Assembly (NCBI RefSeq): GCF_022045235.1
Contig: NW_027266265.1
Location: forward strand, 15,190,001 to 15,254,000
DNA length: 64,000 nt
DNA from: Haliotis cracherodii
Taxonomy: Eukaryota
Direction of reading: 5' to 3'
The stretch's first letter is position 1, and the number at the start of each line of letters is the position of its first letter. Shown in pieces: positions 24,960-37,495 of the stretch. The notes under the pieces were generated by a model. It was not told the origin of the DNA. It saw nothing but the letters and a program-made list of their open reading frames with translations, and ran no database searches. A program made the translations under genes and the position numbers.

Positions 24960-26040
24960 TAATGAATACATCCATGCAGACTTGTTCAATTTTGGGATGT
25001 AATATTGCTGCTTTTGAGGGTAAGACATTTTAGGGCAAGAAGTTGGCATCCCCATGTGCACCAATTGTGCCCCCCTTCTTGTGGATCTGTTTCTTTTTGC
25101 ATATAGTGAGTGAATTGGGTTTAACGCCGCTTTTAACAGTATTCCAGTTATATCACGGCATGTCAGCTTAATGTGGGAGGAAAGCCTGAAGTGATGCAGG
25201 TCTCCGACGTTTACCAGTTCGGTGAAACCCACGAGCAAGGGTATGGTGCTGACAAACCTAGAAACATAATCGGGGCGAACCGGGATTCCAACCCACAATC
25301 ACTTTTTGCATATAAATAGGTAATCTGGCCAAAAAGTTTAACTTAAGCTTGACGGATATCGATGATGTGATATCGTTCAATAACAATCAAATAGCCAATT
25401 CCCTTCCACCTATTTACCCACCTGAACAAGAAATAAAGGAGACCTGTGAGACCGCCTCATGTGTTTCATATTTAGATCTATGCATAACGATTCAGAGTGA
25501 AAAAAACACTCTCCACAAGACTGTATGAAAAGAGGAATGACTTCAACTTTCCAATTGTCAACTTTCCCATCATGTCGAGCAATATTCCAACAGCTCCAGC
25601 CTTTGGTGTTTACATTTCACAACTTTTGAGATACAATTGAGCATGCTTTTCTACCAAGATTTCAAGGAGCGTCATACGACCCTTGCTCAGAAGTTGTTTG
25701 ATCAAGGTTACAACATTCAAGGCCTCAGTACAGCTTTTAAAAAGTTTAATGGTAGACATGTGGAGGACATTTCCAAATGTGACGCATCAGTGACAAAAAT
25801 GATGTCCGATGCAATTTCCTAATTGACTTGTACCATATGGTCCCATGTTTTTTTAGGTGAACAATTGCCTTGCCTTTGCGCGTATTTGTGACGGGTGCCA
25901 CCGGTGGAGCAGGATAGGCTCTTCTTATCGCGAAAACCTGGTATCATAATTTACTATTTGATAGTTATTTATAAACACATGCTCATGATATAGTCGAAAT
26001 TGTACAATCGAAATTTCTATTGGATATGGTTTTGTCGCTT
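24960..26040 (+). mobile_element. Penelope-like retroelement RT, degraded, interrupted by a family D SINE
   Basis: Q.VGIPMCTNCAPLLVDLFLF, DIDDV (YIDD catalytic motif, mutated), IYPPEQEIKET, SYLDL, DFNFPIVNFP.MSSNIP.APAFGVYISQL, KLFDQGY, KKFNGRH. The ORF ends ..SDAIS* with no C-terminal GIY-YIG domain. Confidence 0.85.
25106..25301 (-). mobile_element. SINE family D, 5'-truncated, inserted in the Penelope-like RT
   Basis: TSD ctttttgcatata. Confidence 0.85.
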
Positions 26041-28040
26041 TAATTAATTTTATTATTAAGATATTTACAATTGAAGATCAAACATATGATCATATCTTAT
26101 GAGAGGAATAGTTTCTTTTGCTTCTAAGTTTAGGTTACGCAGTGGAAGAAATGTTTCATATGAATATTGATTATAACCTAATTACGCGTAAAACACATTG
26201 GTTGCCTCACAAGACCCCCAAATTTATAACATAAAGTAAAGTACATCATGAAAATTGTGTCAATCCACTGCTGCTATTTCCAGACAAGTGATAAGCTCTT
26301 GAGAGACACGTTGGAATTCTCTTTGATTTTCTATCCTAACCGATCACGTGTAGGCAAGCCTTTCATTCCTCTGTCTATAGACCGAATCAGGGGATATCTA
26401 ATCGCAGACAAAAACGGCCAATACAGGACCCGAATACCATGAGTGGCTTCATTCACTCTTCCAAAGATCTGCAGTGGAAATACACGAAGGAAATGGAATC
26501 AAAACAACAAACAAAGAGATCCTTGTCCCCAAATAAACCAGGAGTCTATTTATGGATGTTGTCTTCTTCGGTGATCTCCTGCAGGGTTCTCTCGACAATA
26601 TTTCCTCGGAGTCTACGAATGACGTCTTTGAATGACTCATTCGATCCGCCCAAAGAAAGTGTCTCGGTCAGAATGGCCGTATCAAGGTCTAATTGCGCGT
26701 CTTGGTCGGGTAATACGCGAAGATATAGTACCTACTTATAACGTGTGGATATGATGGACATCTCTTGCTCAGTGATAAACCATGGTTTTCACTAACCCTA
26801 AACAGAATCTGTGTGTCAGACAGATACAGGTGCAATTAGGTGTAGGTGCTGTTTGAAATACCTTGCACTTCAGATAATGAACCAACTCAATTCGTATTAA
26901 TTATTAACTAATTAACTAATAACGTATGAGTATTGCATATAGCGCAAACAAAAGCACAGTTGCAGAACCATGTTCATATTCCAATGCCAACTCTCGTATC
27001 ACATTTAAAGGCAGAATGTGCAGTGGATAAATTCCAACATTTGTATATAGATTACAATGTATTCATGATGGTGTTTCCACTACATTACTTGTTTTTGAAA
27101 ACTACAAAGTTATGAATAATAACAGGGTTCATTCAGGAGAAACCGATGTCATGTATATACATGAAGAAAGTAATGATAGAAAAAACGTCATCATCATGAT
27201 CATCTATGCAAATAGTGAAGCCACAGCGACAACCCTGCATCCAACTGAAACTTCGATACCGGTTAAAGCGGAAACACGCATTGTAGAGGTCTGACCTTTC
27301 TGTAGTATAATGCTGTAGAATGTCTCTTGTAGCCATATGGATGATTTTAAACTCTACAATAGTCCCTGTCTCAATTTGCCGTCAACATGTATTATTATCT
27401 TGCAGTGTCTTCATTAAACGCAAAGACGACAAACGTTAACGCTTGTTTACAAATTTGTTCACACTGTTTCTGTGGCAAAATATTAATAGTCTCACCAACA
27501 GGACACTGACGCCGAAGGCAGTTGTAATGCTTGTATGTAAGGACCTAAAACTGCTCATACCACTGTTGGAGGTGACAATAAATACTGTACTGTCAAAATA
27601 CTAAAATTGCTTTTCATAAAAAATAGATTAGTAACAAACTGGAAGGATAGATGTAAAAGGAGTCTATCTCATTGAGACATCTGATATTAACTTGGTATTT
27701 TCAAGCTTATCCAGTCGATAAAAAAGCCACTACTTTATAGTTCTATTTATCATGTATTCAAAAACTGATCCGCGAAATGTATTTCAACACTGCGTCGGCA
27801 ACATCTTTGCTAATTCTGTGCTCTGTGTCCTGCTAATAATGCTAACAAGATGATAATAATAATCACAGGACCAAATTGGTAAGGTTCAGAATTACATCAA
27901 AATGCTATTGTTATACACGGATTAATTATTTCAGTGGAGAGCAGAGGTCTAATTAGTCTACTACCCACACCAATACCCGGTCAGAACCGTATATCAACAC
28001 ACAATCAACAAGGCAGTTGCCTATGCCTCTGGACGCTGGC

Positions 28041-29335
28041 GTATCTGTGGATGTGTGACTGAGATGTGCCTTGTGATGTTTCTGTGACATTGATATGTAT
28101 ATCTGTGACTGAGATGTGCCTTGTGATGGTACTGTGACATTGATATGTATATCTGTGACTGAGATGTGCCTTGTGATGGTACTGTGACATTGATATGTAT
28201 ATCTGCGACTGAGATGTGCCTTGTGATGGTACTGTGACATTGATATGTATATCTGTGACTGAGATGTGCCTTGTGATGGTACTGTGACATTGATATGTAT
28301 ATCTGTGACTGAGATGTGCCTTGTGATGGTACTGTGACATTGATATGTATATCTGTGACTGAGATGTGCCTTGTGATGGTACTGTGACCCTGATATGTAT
28401 ATCTGTGACTGAGATGTGCCTTGTGATGGTACTGTGACCCTGATATGTATATCTGTGACTGAGATGTGCCTTGTGATGGTACTGTGACATTGATATGTAT
28501 ATCTGTGACTGAGATGTGCCTTGTGATGGTACTGTGACATTGATATGTATATCTGTGACTGAGATGTGCCTTGTGATGGTCGTGTGACCCTGATATGTAT
28601 ATCTGTGACTGAGATGTGCCTTGTGATGGTCGTGTGACCCTGATATGTATATCTGTGACTGAGATGTGCCTTGTGATGGTACTGTGACATTGATATGTAT
28701 ATCTGCGACTGAGATGTGCCTTGTGATGGTACTGTGACATTGATATGTATATCTGTGACTGAGATGTGCCTTGTGATGGTACTGTGACATTGATATGTAT
28801 ATCTGCGACTGAGATGTGCCTTGTGATGGTACTGTGACATTGATATGTATATCTGTGACTGAGATGTGCCTTGTGATGGTCGTGTGACCCTGATATGTAT
28901 ATCTGCGACTGAGATGTGCCTTGTGATGGTCGTGTGACATTGATATGTATATCTGTGACTGAGATGTGCCTTGTGATGGTACTGTGACATTGATATGTAT
29001 ATCTGTGACTGAGATGTGCCTTGTGATGGTACTGTGACATTGATATGTATATCTGTGACTGAGATGTGCCTTGTGATGGTACTGTGACATTGATATGTAT
29101 ATCTGTGACTGAGATGTGCCTTGTGATGGTACTGTGACATTGATATGTATATCTGTGACTGAGATGTGCCTTGTGATGGTACTGTGACATTGATATGTAT
29201 ATCCGTGACTGAGATGTGCCTTGTGATGGTACTGTGACATTGATATGTATATCTGTGACTGAGATGTGCCTTGTGATGGTACTGTGACAGAGACGAGTAT
29301 ATCTGTGGCTGCGATGCACCTGTGATGGCCGTGTG
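28041..29335. repeat. Minisatellite, 50-bp unit, ~25 copies
   Basis: Unit atatctgtgactgagatgtgccttgtgatggtactgtgacattgatatgt. Confidence 0.97.
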
Positions 29336-29465
29336 ATCATGACGTGTTTTTCTGTGTCTGAGATGTATACACTGATTGCTCCTGATATGTAAATGAGAGG
29401 AGTGTTTGCACGACAAGAAAAAGGCACCACAACGCCTGTTCAATTGCAGATGTCATAAACGCGTG

Positions 29466-30323
29466 ATGAACGAAAGTAACACCACTGGTCAGGGTCCACA
29501 GGGAGGCTTGTATTCGGTGGCAATGCTGTATGGTTTTGGGGGAATTGGCATAACTCTTGCAGTCTGTAGTGTTATATGCAATGGCATAATCATCGCAGCA
29601 TTTGTTTGTGTGAAGAATTTACGAAAGACATGTAATGTGTTGATTATAAACAATGTACTGGGGGATCTGTTCTGTTCTTTGGCACGTTCTTTTGATATTG
29701 TGCTTATGTTTTCCAACAGAGACTTCATGACGTCGACAAGCTGGTTTCGTATTACGTCGACCTATCTCAACTTCTGCAACATTTCTGCTTTGGCATGTGA
29801 ACGTTTCATTGCAATTCAGTTTCCTTATCGATATCCCGCCCATGTAACTTACTCGCGATGTGTCGCAGTCGCAATTGGAATATGGATCATCTCAGGGTTT
29901 CAGTCGATCATACGCCAGTATATTAGCTTTAAATATATAGAACCCATTGTGGCATTAACCCTGCTGGTGCTGATGCTGGTGATCTACGCACGGATATATG
30001 TCGTCACTAGACGACACATTGCGCATGACTTACAGCACGGTGTGAGGGTAAGACACAGCAAGGCAATGGCAGCTATATTAACGGCTGTAGTGTCCGGGCT
30101 GTCTTGGAGTCCAGTTGTATGTTCCTTGATTATGAAGCAATTTTTTGGAATAACAGTTCATATGACCAAAGTCACAGCTATGTCTGAACTATTTGGAAAC
30201 TGTTTCAACCTGCTTATTTACACTTACAGAATGGAAGATTTCAGGAAGGGTGTAAAACACATATTACGTCTGGATAGAAATATTGGCGAGGAAACAAACA
30301 TGAGATTAGCCATCATCAGATAA
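29466..30323 (+). CDS. Rhodopsin-like (class A) orphan GPCR with intronless CDS, ~285 aa
   Basis: The ORF track starts at a non-ATG codon (29406). The first in-frame ATG at 29466 gives MNESNTT, with two N-glycosylation sequons. Seven hydrophobic segments: TM1 N (CNG), TM2 D (LGDL), ERFIAIQFPYRY (DRY variant), TM4 W, SWSP (CWxP variant), NLLIY (NPxxY variant), then helix 8 (FRKGV). Confidence 0.9.
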   Translation: MNESNTTGQGPQGGLYSVAMLYGFGGIGITLAVCSVICNGIIIAAFVCVKNLRKTCNVLIINNVLGDLFCSLARSFDIVLMFSNRDFMTSTSWFRITSTYLNFCNISALACERFIAIQFPYRYPAHVTYSRCVAVAIGIWIISGFQSIIRQYISFKYIEPIVALTLLVLMLVIYARIYVVTRRHIAHDLQHGVRVRHSKAMAAILTAVVSGLSWSPVVCSLIMKQFFGITVHMTKVTAMSELFGNCFNLLIYTYRMEDFRKGVKHILRLDRNIGEETNMRLAIIR

Positions 30324-30382
30324 ATATCCTACAAATATACCAACGTTTTTGATTGTATCAAGTATTCCACGAAAATAATAAT

Positions 30383-30955
30383 GTTGGACAGACATTGCTG
30401 TGATTATATTCATTGTTTTCGGCAGCTGTAGGGATATTGGACAGATATTGCTGTGATTATATTCAAGTGTTTCCCGAACGGTAGAGATATTGGACAGATA
30501 CGGCTGTGATTATCTTCAAGTGTTTCCTCAAACCTGGGGATATTGGACAGACATTGCTATGGTTATATTCAAGAGTTTCCCCAACTTTAGGGATATTTGA
30601 CAGACATTTGTGTGATTATATTCAAGTGTTTCCCTTACTGTAGAGATATTGGACAGACATTTGTGTGATTATATTCAAGTGTTTCCCTTACTGTAGAGAT
30701 ATTGGACAGACATTTGTGTGATTATATTCAAGAGTTTCCCTTACTGTAGAGATATTGGACAGACATTTGTGTGATTATATTCAAGAGTTTCCCCTACTGT
30801 AGAGATATTGGACAGACATTTGTGTGATTATATTCAAGAGTTTCCCCTACTGTAGAGATATTGGACAGACATTTGTGTGATTATATTCAAGTGTTTCCCC
30901 TACTGTAGAGATATTTGATAGACATTGCTGTTCTTATATTCTGTAGGGATATTGG
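30383..30955. repeat. Minisatellite, 53-bp unit, ~10 copies
   Basis: Unit gatattggacagacatttgtgtgattatattcaagtgtttcccttactgtaga. Confidence 0.95.
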
Positions 30956-31059
30956 GATATTCACGCTGTAAAAGATCGTATTGTACGTACCTAAAGGAAT
31001 CAACCTTCATTTGAAAAATATCTATTACTCTCAAAATCAATATTTAACCTATATTAAAA

Positions 31060-31510
31060 TTTAGAACTATGATATATTACACGTTGAAACCGGTCGATGG
31101 CTGAATAATCCGATAGAAGACCGCCAATGTTGACTTGAAATATAGTAATTAGATATTGTAATTGTGGGAGATGAGTTTCATTATTTATTTAAGTGTGCGG
31201 CTTTTCTCGACCAGCGATATGATCAATTAAATCGCAAAATATCTTTAGTTTCCAAATCTGTTTCACTTTAAGTAACTTTTGACCTCTAATATTGTGAGAG
31301 ATCCAAAATGTCTTTCTAAATTTCTTAATCATGTGTATAATACAATTAGTAAAAATATATTAGTGTCTACATATTCTGCTTTCTTTATTTTTGTTAAATG
31401 CTGCCATTAGTTAGATATTGAAAGTTGTGTATAATTGTATCTCATGTACCACTGTGGGTGTTTCTTCGAGAATAAATGAGTAGAATTGAGTTGAGTTGAG
31501 TAGAGTTGAT
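31060..31510 (+). mobile_element. LINE 3' end (CR1/L2-group C-terminus) with (GAGTT)n tail
   Basis: C..VGDEFHYLFKCAAF..QR, followed by AATAAA and gagtt repeats. Confidence 0.6.
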
Positions 31511-31978
31511 ATAGGCATAGGCATAGGCATCGAATTAGATTGAAGCATTAACCATTATAAGAATCAAAGTGCCCGCCCATCACACATCTCACACCCGTAT
31601 AAGATATGACGTCACAGTCGTGCATAGAAAGGCGCCCAATTCTAAGATCTCTGTTGTCCCCAAAATTTAGAATACATTCTCTTTGTAGATTTCTGTTGTG
31701 TTTTCTTTGAATATTGCATTTACCTCAACTAAGCATTTTGTAACCTATAATTGTACATTTAACTATTTAAATATGCCTACCGACAATGACTAAAACAGTA
31801 CTATTCCATGAATATTAGTTTACAGGGTGATGCGGTCGTGAAATCGACTGTTTCATTCAGAGGGGTTTATTGCAAATAACCGTGCCTGGTCCAGAGAAAC
31901 TAGGGGTTGATAGTATCAGCATGTCCCGCGCCGTCAACCGACCATTGGACGTGACTACTCTTCCTCACAGTACAGGAA

Positions 31979-32141
31979 GGGCGGTCTGGTAGCCTAGTGG
32001 TTAAAGCGTGCGCTAGTCAGGCCGAAGACCCGGGTTCGATTTCCGACATGGGTACAATGTGTGAGCCCATTTCTGGTGTCCCCCGCCGTGATATTGCTGG
32101 AATATTGCTAACAGCGGCGTAAAAAAGTACTCACTCACTCA
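31979..32141 (+). mobile_element. SINE family A
   Basis: Full head, body and tail. Confidence 0.9.
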
Positions 32142-32289
32142 CCCTACGGGAACACCTACCAATACGTGGATTGTTATGGTTTCGCTGGAAATAACAATAA
32201 GACTGTCTTCACCACATTAACCGATTTTAAAAGAAAATCCCTATAACGCAATGAAATATGAATTCTGATTATGGATAAGGAAGTTATAT

Positions 32290-33782
32290 ACTACTCAAAG
32301 TTTGCTAAGGATAAGTTTTGATGATATTAAAAATTATCCCAAAAATAAAGTTTGAAATATCCCGGTATGCAATGATTGTTTAACCCCTCTAGGACCCCAG
32401 TTTCATGATAACAGACAGAGGCATGCAGTCATGGGCACGATGTGCTCGAGGTGCTTGAAAAAGACCTGTTTGGAGGTATCGTGACAGAATCATTGCACAT
32501 CATTATTGGAGAACACAACAACATTTGCTGCCGATGATTTCAACAACGGAATGCACTTATGCCCCGCTCAACGTCAAAGACGTCGGTGACGATCAAAGGC
32601 AGATACGTAGGCATGCCTGAAACTGGGTCAACACAACGTCACGTTGCAAACGTCTTTGGTGTCAGCCAAAGTGTGATCAGGTAGGGGTAGAATTAGATGT
32701 TGGGATCAGATACCCTGCGACATGCAGGTGGTCGACAGCATTCCACCACACAGCGACAAGACAGGTTTCTCAGCAGCAAGATTGCAGCAAGATTACATCA
32801 AGATTGCAGCAAGACGTCATCACTTCGTGACTGCCTCCACATTCAGAAATGACATGTGCAACGCCAGTGGCGTTAACGTTTCAAATAAGACAGTGCGTAA
32901 TCGTCTCCGTGAGGCTGGTCTCTGGTCACGGAGGGCATGCATTCGCATCCCACCTACCCGACACCACAGGCAGGCACGTTTGGACAGGGTTCCAGTACTG
33001 TCAAGACTTCACAGATCGTCGTGGCCGAGTCTGGCGTAGACAAGAAGAAAGATTTCAGAATTCCAACGAAGTCGAACATTACCGCTAACGAGGGAGTTCA
33101 ATCTTCAGTTTTGGTGGGATTAGTTGAGCTGGAAGAACCCATCTCCATGTCCTACAGCGGGGCACGATGACAGGTGTACGCTACAGGGATGACATTCTGG
33201 ATGTGTACGTGAGACCTTATGCTGAAGCCATCGGCCCGGACTTCATCCTCATGGATGATTACGCACGACCTCATCGTGCCAGGGTCGTTGATGCCTACTT
33301 ACAGCAAGAGACCATTGACCTCATGGAATGGCCAGCCCGGTCACCAGACCTCGACCCTATCGAACACATGTCGAACCAGCTGGAGATCGCTCTCTCACGA
33401 CGCCCTGTGCTTCCGGCAACTCCACAGGAACTCGGCAATGTTCTTACTGAAACGTGGAACAATCTTGTCAACCATCCAGAAACTTATTGGGAGCATAAGA
33501 AGACGATTCCAGACTGTGATCGCAACACGTGGATAACATATAAGCTACTGAGAGTTGTCTCGTTGACAATGAATTTGTTTTCCTGTTTATTTTATGTTTC
33601 AGTTTGGGGTAGATACTGGTGATCTGACTGATTAATGGTCATATTTTGTTTGTTGGCATTGTGTGGCACATGACAACGGACCTTTGTTCATTAAACACGT
33701 GTTCACGAAATATTGTCTTTGCCTATTTTAAACAGATGCACACAATTTGACGTATTATCTCAGCAAACGTTTTGAGTTGTAG
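32290..33782 (+). mobile_element. Tc1-family DNA transposon with pseudogenised transposase
   Basis: Imperfect TIRs (tactactcaaa-gtttgctaaggata / tatctcagcaaacgttttgagttgta). HTH region VSNKTVRNRLREAGL, LMDDYARPH and WPARSPDLDPIEH (DD34E region). Multiple frameshifts. Confidence 0.9.
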
Positions 33783-34099
33783 ATAAAGGATACGTTATAT
33801 AAAATTATGTTTTTTGTAGCGCACTTTCCAATTACTTTTCAAAGGCGCTTAGACCAGAAATAGATCAATTCCCCGACAGTTGATCAGTGTGCACTCGATT
33901 TTGATTCCAAAATCCCTGGGCAGTATACAACCCATGTCACATCGCCATCTTCTCTCACCGTGTACCCATCAGCTGTTGGGCGGACAGAGGCATATTTTAA
34001 ATAAAATCACTTACACGTACCCGAGGAGACACCAAATGTGCTACATGTATTTCAGTCTGGGGCAGGACCAAAGCTCTGGAAACATTCAGTAGCTTATGA

Positions 34100-34766
34100 T
34101 AAGACTATAACTACAGCAAATGGGATACCATTCTCGACTTAGATTTATCAGGATGTTTTTATCAGATACAGAAAATGTACAAAAGATGTAAAATTACTTG
34201 ATCTTCAATATAAATTTATTTATCGCATCATTTATACAAAGAAAGAATTGTTTAAAATGCAAATTCGCGATGATGATCTGTGCTCATTTGGTGAAACTGA
34301 TACTGAATCCTTACTTTATGTATATTGGGATTGTAAGCATGTTAAAGAGTTTTGGGCTAAAGTTGAATGTTTTCTGAATACAAAGTGTTCAAAACAATTT
34401 ACATTTACAAAATGCTCTCATTTACTTGGGTACAACTCTAACATTCTGTTTAATCACATCATACTGGCATGTAAAAAATATATACATGTGTCAAGTATTA
34501 AGATAAACATATTATCACTTGAAAAGTTTCTGAAGACTTCATATATTTCGGATAGAGAAATAAATTGCACACAAAAACAATACAATAAGACAGTTTGACA
34601 GAAAATGGAGAAAATTGGCAAATGAATTGTCTAGTTAATATGTCTCTATTTTTTTAGCATGAACAATTTCCACTAATGCGCTGTAAGGATTTAGCTTTAC
34701 ACTTGGACATTGTTGGACACCTGTAGCCAACTTAAATTTGAATTAAATAAAATCTTTTGAAAAAAC
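34100..34766 (+). mobile_element. L1/Tx1-group LINE 3' relic (zf-RVT region)
   Basis: QYKFIYRII.T...LFK...DDLCSF...ESLLYVYWDCKHVKEFW..LFNHIILACKKYIH, followed by AATAAA and an A-run. Confidence 0.7.
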
Positions 34767-35609
34767 AGTCAGTGGACAAGCTGCCATCCGACTTCTCTCC
34801 GCGATCAACGTTGCTGAACTTCGCGATTTTTAACACAGAACCAAGTACTATCACGTTTAGTAAGTCTACAGTCCATATCCATTCTTGTAAATAGGACGTA
34901 TGTGAATCCGGCCGCAGTATGCGATTAGGAGCTATACTATTTAAATTAACTTTTATTTGTTATTTTATTTGAGAGCAAACGAACCAAATCTGTAAGTGAA
35001 GGCCGTCATTTCCCCCATTATATAATAGCCAGGCATCAAGCGAAATAACGTCTTATAAGTATACTTTAAAAATGTTGACATCAATTCACCACGGTGAGCT
35101 TTGTAAGACGTCGTGATGATATTAGGACGTGCAATTTTTAAACATGGTCAAAGTCGAACAGCAATGCCATTTAAGCCCGAAAAGGAACAGAATATGCGCG
35201 TTTGAAGATACAGAACCGAGAGGACGACATTTGATAAAATGTAATGGCTGTCATATAACAATATGTAGGACTATGGAAATTGACAGGTTTCTTCATTGCC
35301 AGTCAGTCTTACAGAGTGATAGGATATAATCTCCGCTCTAGGGTAACACACTTCATTTATCTGAGATGACTTATACCATTATGACAAATGTCACTGACCA
35401 GGCCTGGCACATCGCATGATCATGATGAGCCCCAATATTCCAAAACGTGTGTCCAGACAAACCTTCTGGCCACAGCTGTAGGCTTCGTCTCAGTTATTAT
35501 GGATTGCATGTTGATAGATCAAGGTATGATTGCGCAATGATGTGAATAATATCAGGAATCTGGCTACTGACAACATTGTATTTCGCAAGGTGCTGATTTT
35601 ATATTATAT

Positions 35610-35842
35610 TATGTTATTTTTAACAGTATTTCAGTTGTGTCACGCGTGTCAGCTTTATATGGGAGGAATGTTCGAAGTGATGCAGGTATCAGACGTTTTC
35701 TTCTTTGGTGAAACCTCCCAGCACGGGTATGATGCTAGAAACATAATCGAGGCGAACCCACAATTATACGTTTCTGGCATGCCCAAGGGACGCAACTCTG
35801 CGAATTTTGGCGCATTAGACGGCTGGACCACCCGTGCCTCCA
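35610..35842 (-). mobile_element. SINE family D, degraded
   Basis: Homologous to the 12367 and 25106 copies. Confidence 0.7.
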
Positions 35843-36744
35843 AGATGTTGATAGGCTGTGGCATGTGTATATTCACAATAGACTAAATATGCAAGTATTT
35901 GAAGCCAACAAATAAAAAATACACAATGACTTTAGTTTTTCGTTTACTGACTATCATTTTCAGACACAAGGTGATGAAATTAAACATAACAATGTTTGGA
36001 ATTCGTTATCATAATAAACTAAATGGACAGATGTTTCAATCAAGTTGTAAAAATACTGAGATCTGTTGGCGTTTAGTGAATTGCCTGTGTGAAATTTTAC
36101 ATTGACTGTCACATGCAAAATTACGGTTTTACATTATTTCATTGGAGCCACTTGGGGGCATGTTTTATGATACGTAACATCAGAATATCATTTTAGGTAT
36201 TGGGAAAGGGACCAATATCGTCCATACTATAACGTCTCTTGACTGTTTTGTGTAAAGATTGATTTTCAACTATATACATATCATAAATTGTTTACTTGTA
36301 AAACAAATCATGTGGAATTTTATTTATTAATTATATATATGGTTCCAAAAGTCAATTTTCGGTAATTTTCGAGAGAAATTCCGTTTTTTTCCAAATATTT
36401 TTGTAAGTTTAGTGGTGTGGTTAAAGCAGGATTTTGTCAAAACCGTGTACTTTACCAGATGATTATGATATAGTGAGTGCAGATCGATATCATAGATATT
36501 TCAGCCATGTCGGTGGCAATATTGGATTTTCTATCACCACTGGACGCTGCTGAGCTGGATCAATATCCAAACAAATTTGGAATGGTTCAATGCACAGGTG
36601 TGCCATTTTTGGTGTTTTTAACCCAAAGTGCATAATTTTCGTCTTAACCGCTCCACTAGTTTAAAAAATTGTTATCATGTGTTATGAACCAGATAAGTAC
36701 AATACAGGTGTTGTTTATACTAGATGCCTAATCTACCATGAGTT

Positions 36745-36901
36745 GGGGCGTTGTGATAGCCTGGAGGTTAAAGCGGTCGCTCGTCATGCCGAAGACTTGG
36801 GTACATGGGTCCAATGTGTTAAGCCAATTTCTGGTGTCCCCCGGCGTAATACTGCCAGAATATTGCTAAAATCGGCGTTAAACCATATGCACTCACTCAC
36901 T
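36745..36901 (+). mobile_element. SINE family A, degraded
   Basis: Homologous, with the B box deleted. Confidence 0.75.
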
Positions 36902-37495
36902 GGATGAAAGATTAAACCAGATAGCCTGTGACAGTTGACTCAAATCAGTTTCATGTTTTTTTCCAAGACAAATTGTTTTGAAAATGACCGAAAAAATAAT
37001 GCTGACATTATGTCCAAATCTTAATGATCGAAAACATTTGTTTTGCAAGAGTGTTCATTTGCCTAAGTAAGCCATTGCTTGACAATAATAACCATGTTGT
37101 GATGCACATACATTTATATTTTAAATTGCAAATCCTAGGAATCAGTAAGACTCTCATTGAATCAAGGTGGCCATCTTTAAAATTCTTATGTGGGTCAAGA
37201 ATAAATCTTTGTTGATAAATATGTTTAATTATCTTATGATGTTTCTGTCAAAATATATATCTACATATACAAGGTAATATACATATATATAATGTAGTCT
37301 GTTTACTTTGTCCAGAGTAAAAACAAAATAAAACAAGGCCTTGAATGTAAGCATTGACCCTTTCGAAAAATCTGATGACTATACTGCTTTTGCAAGAGCG
37401 CTCAGTTGTCCAACATTGGTTTTTGTATTGGCAAAGTATTCACTTCATTGGAAATAAGCATCACAATCTGTATATCCGAGAGGGCAATTTGAGCT

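Larger units (their letters stand above)
15378..27336 (-). pseudogene. Possible decayed multi-exon gene, with a weak TIR-like N-terminal segment
   Basis: Protein-like minus-strand blocks, most bounded by good splice sites but containing stops or frameshifts: 27336-27133 (LYNACF..W..GFTICIDDHD), ~26797-26546, 23869-22558, 15484-15378. Family not securely recognised. Confidence 0.25.

Noticed and set aside
27953-29443. Three long overlapping minus-strand ORFs (411-496 aa)
   Set aside because: Artefact of a 50-bp tandem unit with no stop codon on one strand. All three frames give the same periodic peptide, and this is not improbable by chance.
29406-29465. N-terminal extension of the GPCR in the ORF track
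   Set aside because: It starts at TTG. The ATG at 29466, followed by N-glycosylation sequons, is the more plausible start.
28041-30955. CRISPR-like appearance of the regular repeats
   Set aside because: Head-to-tail units with no unique spacers, no cas genes, and a eukaryotic context.
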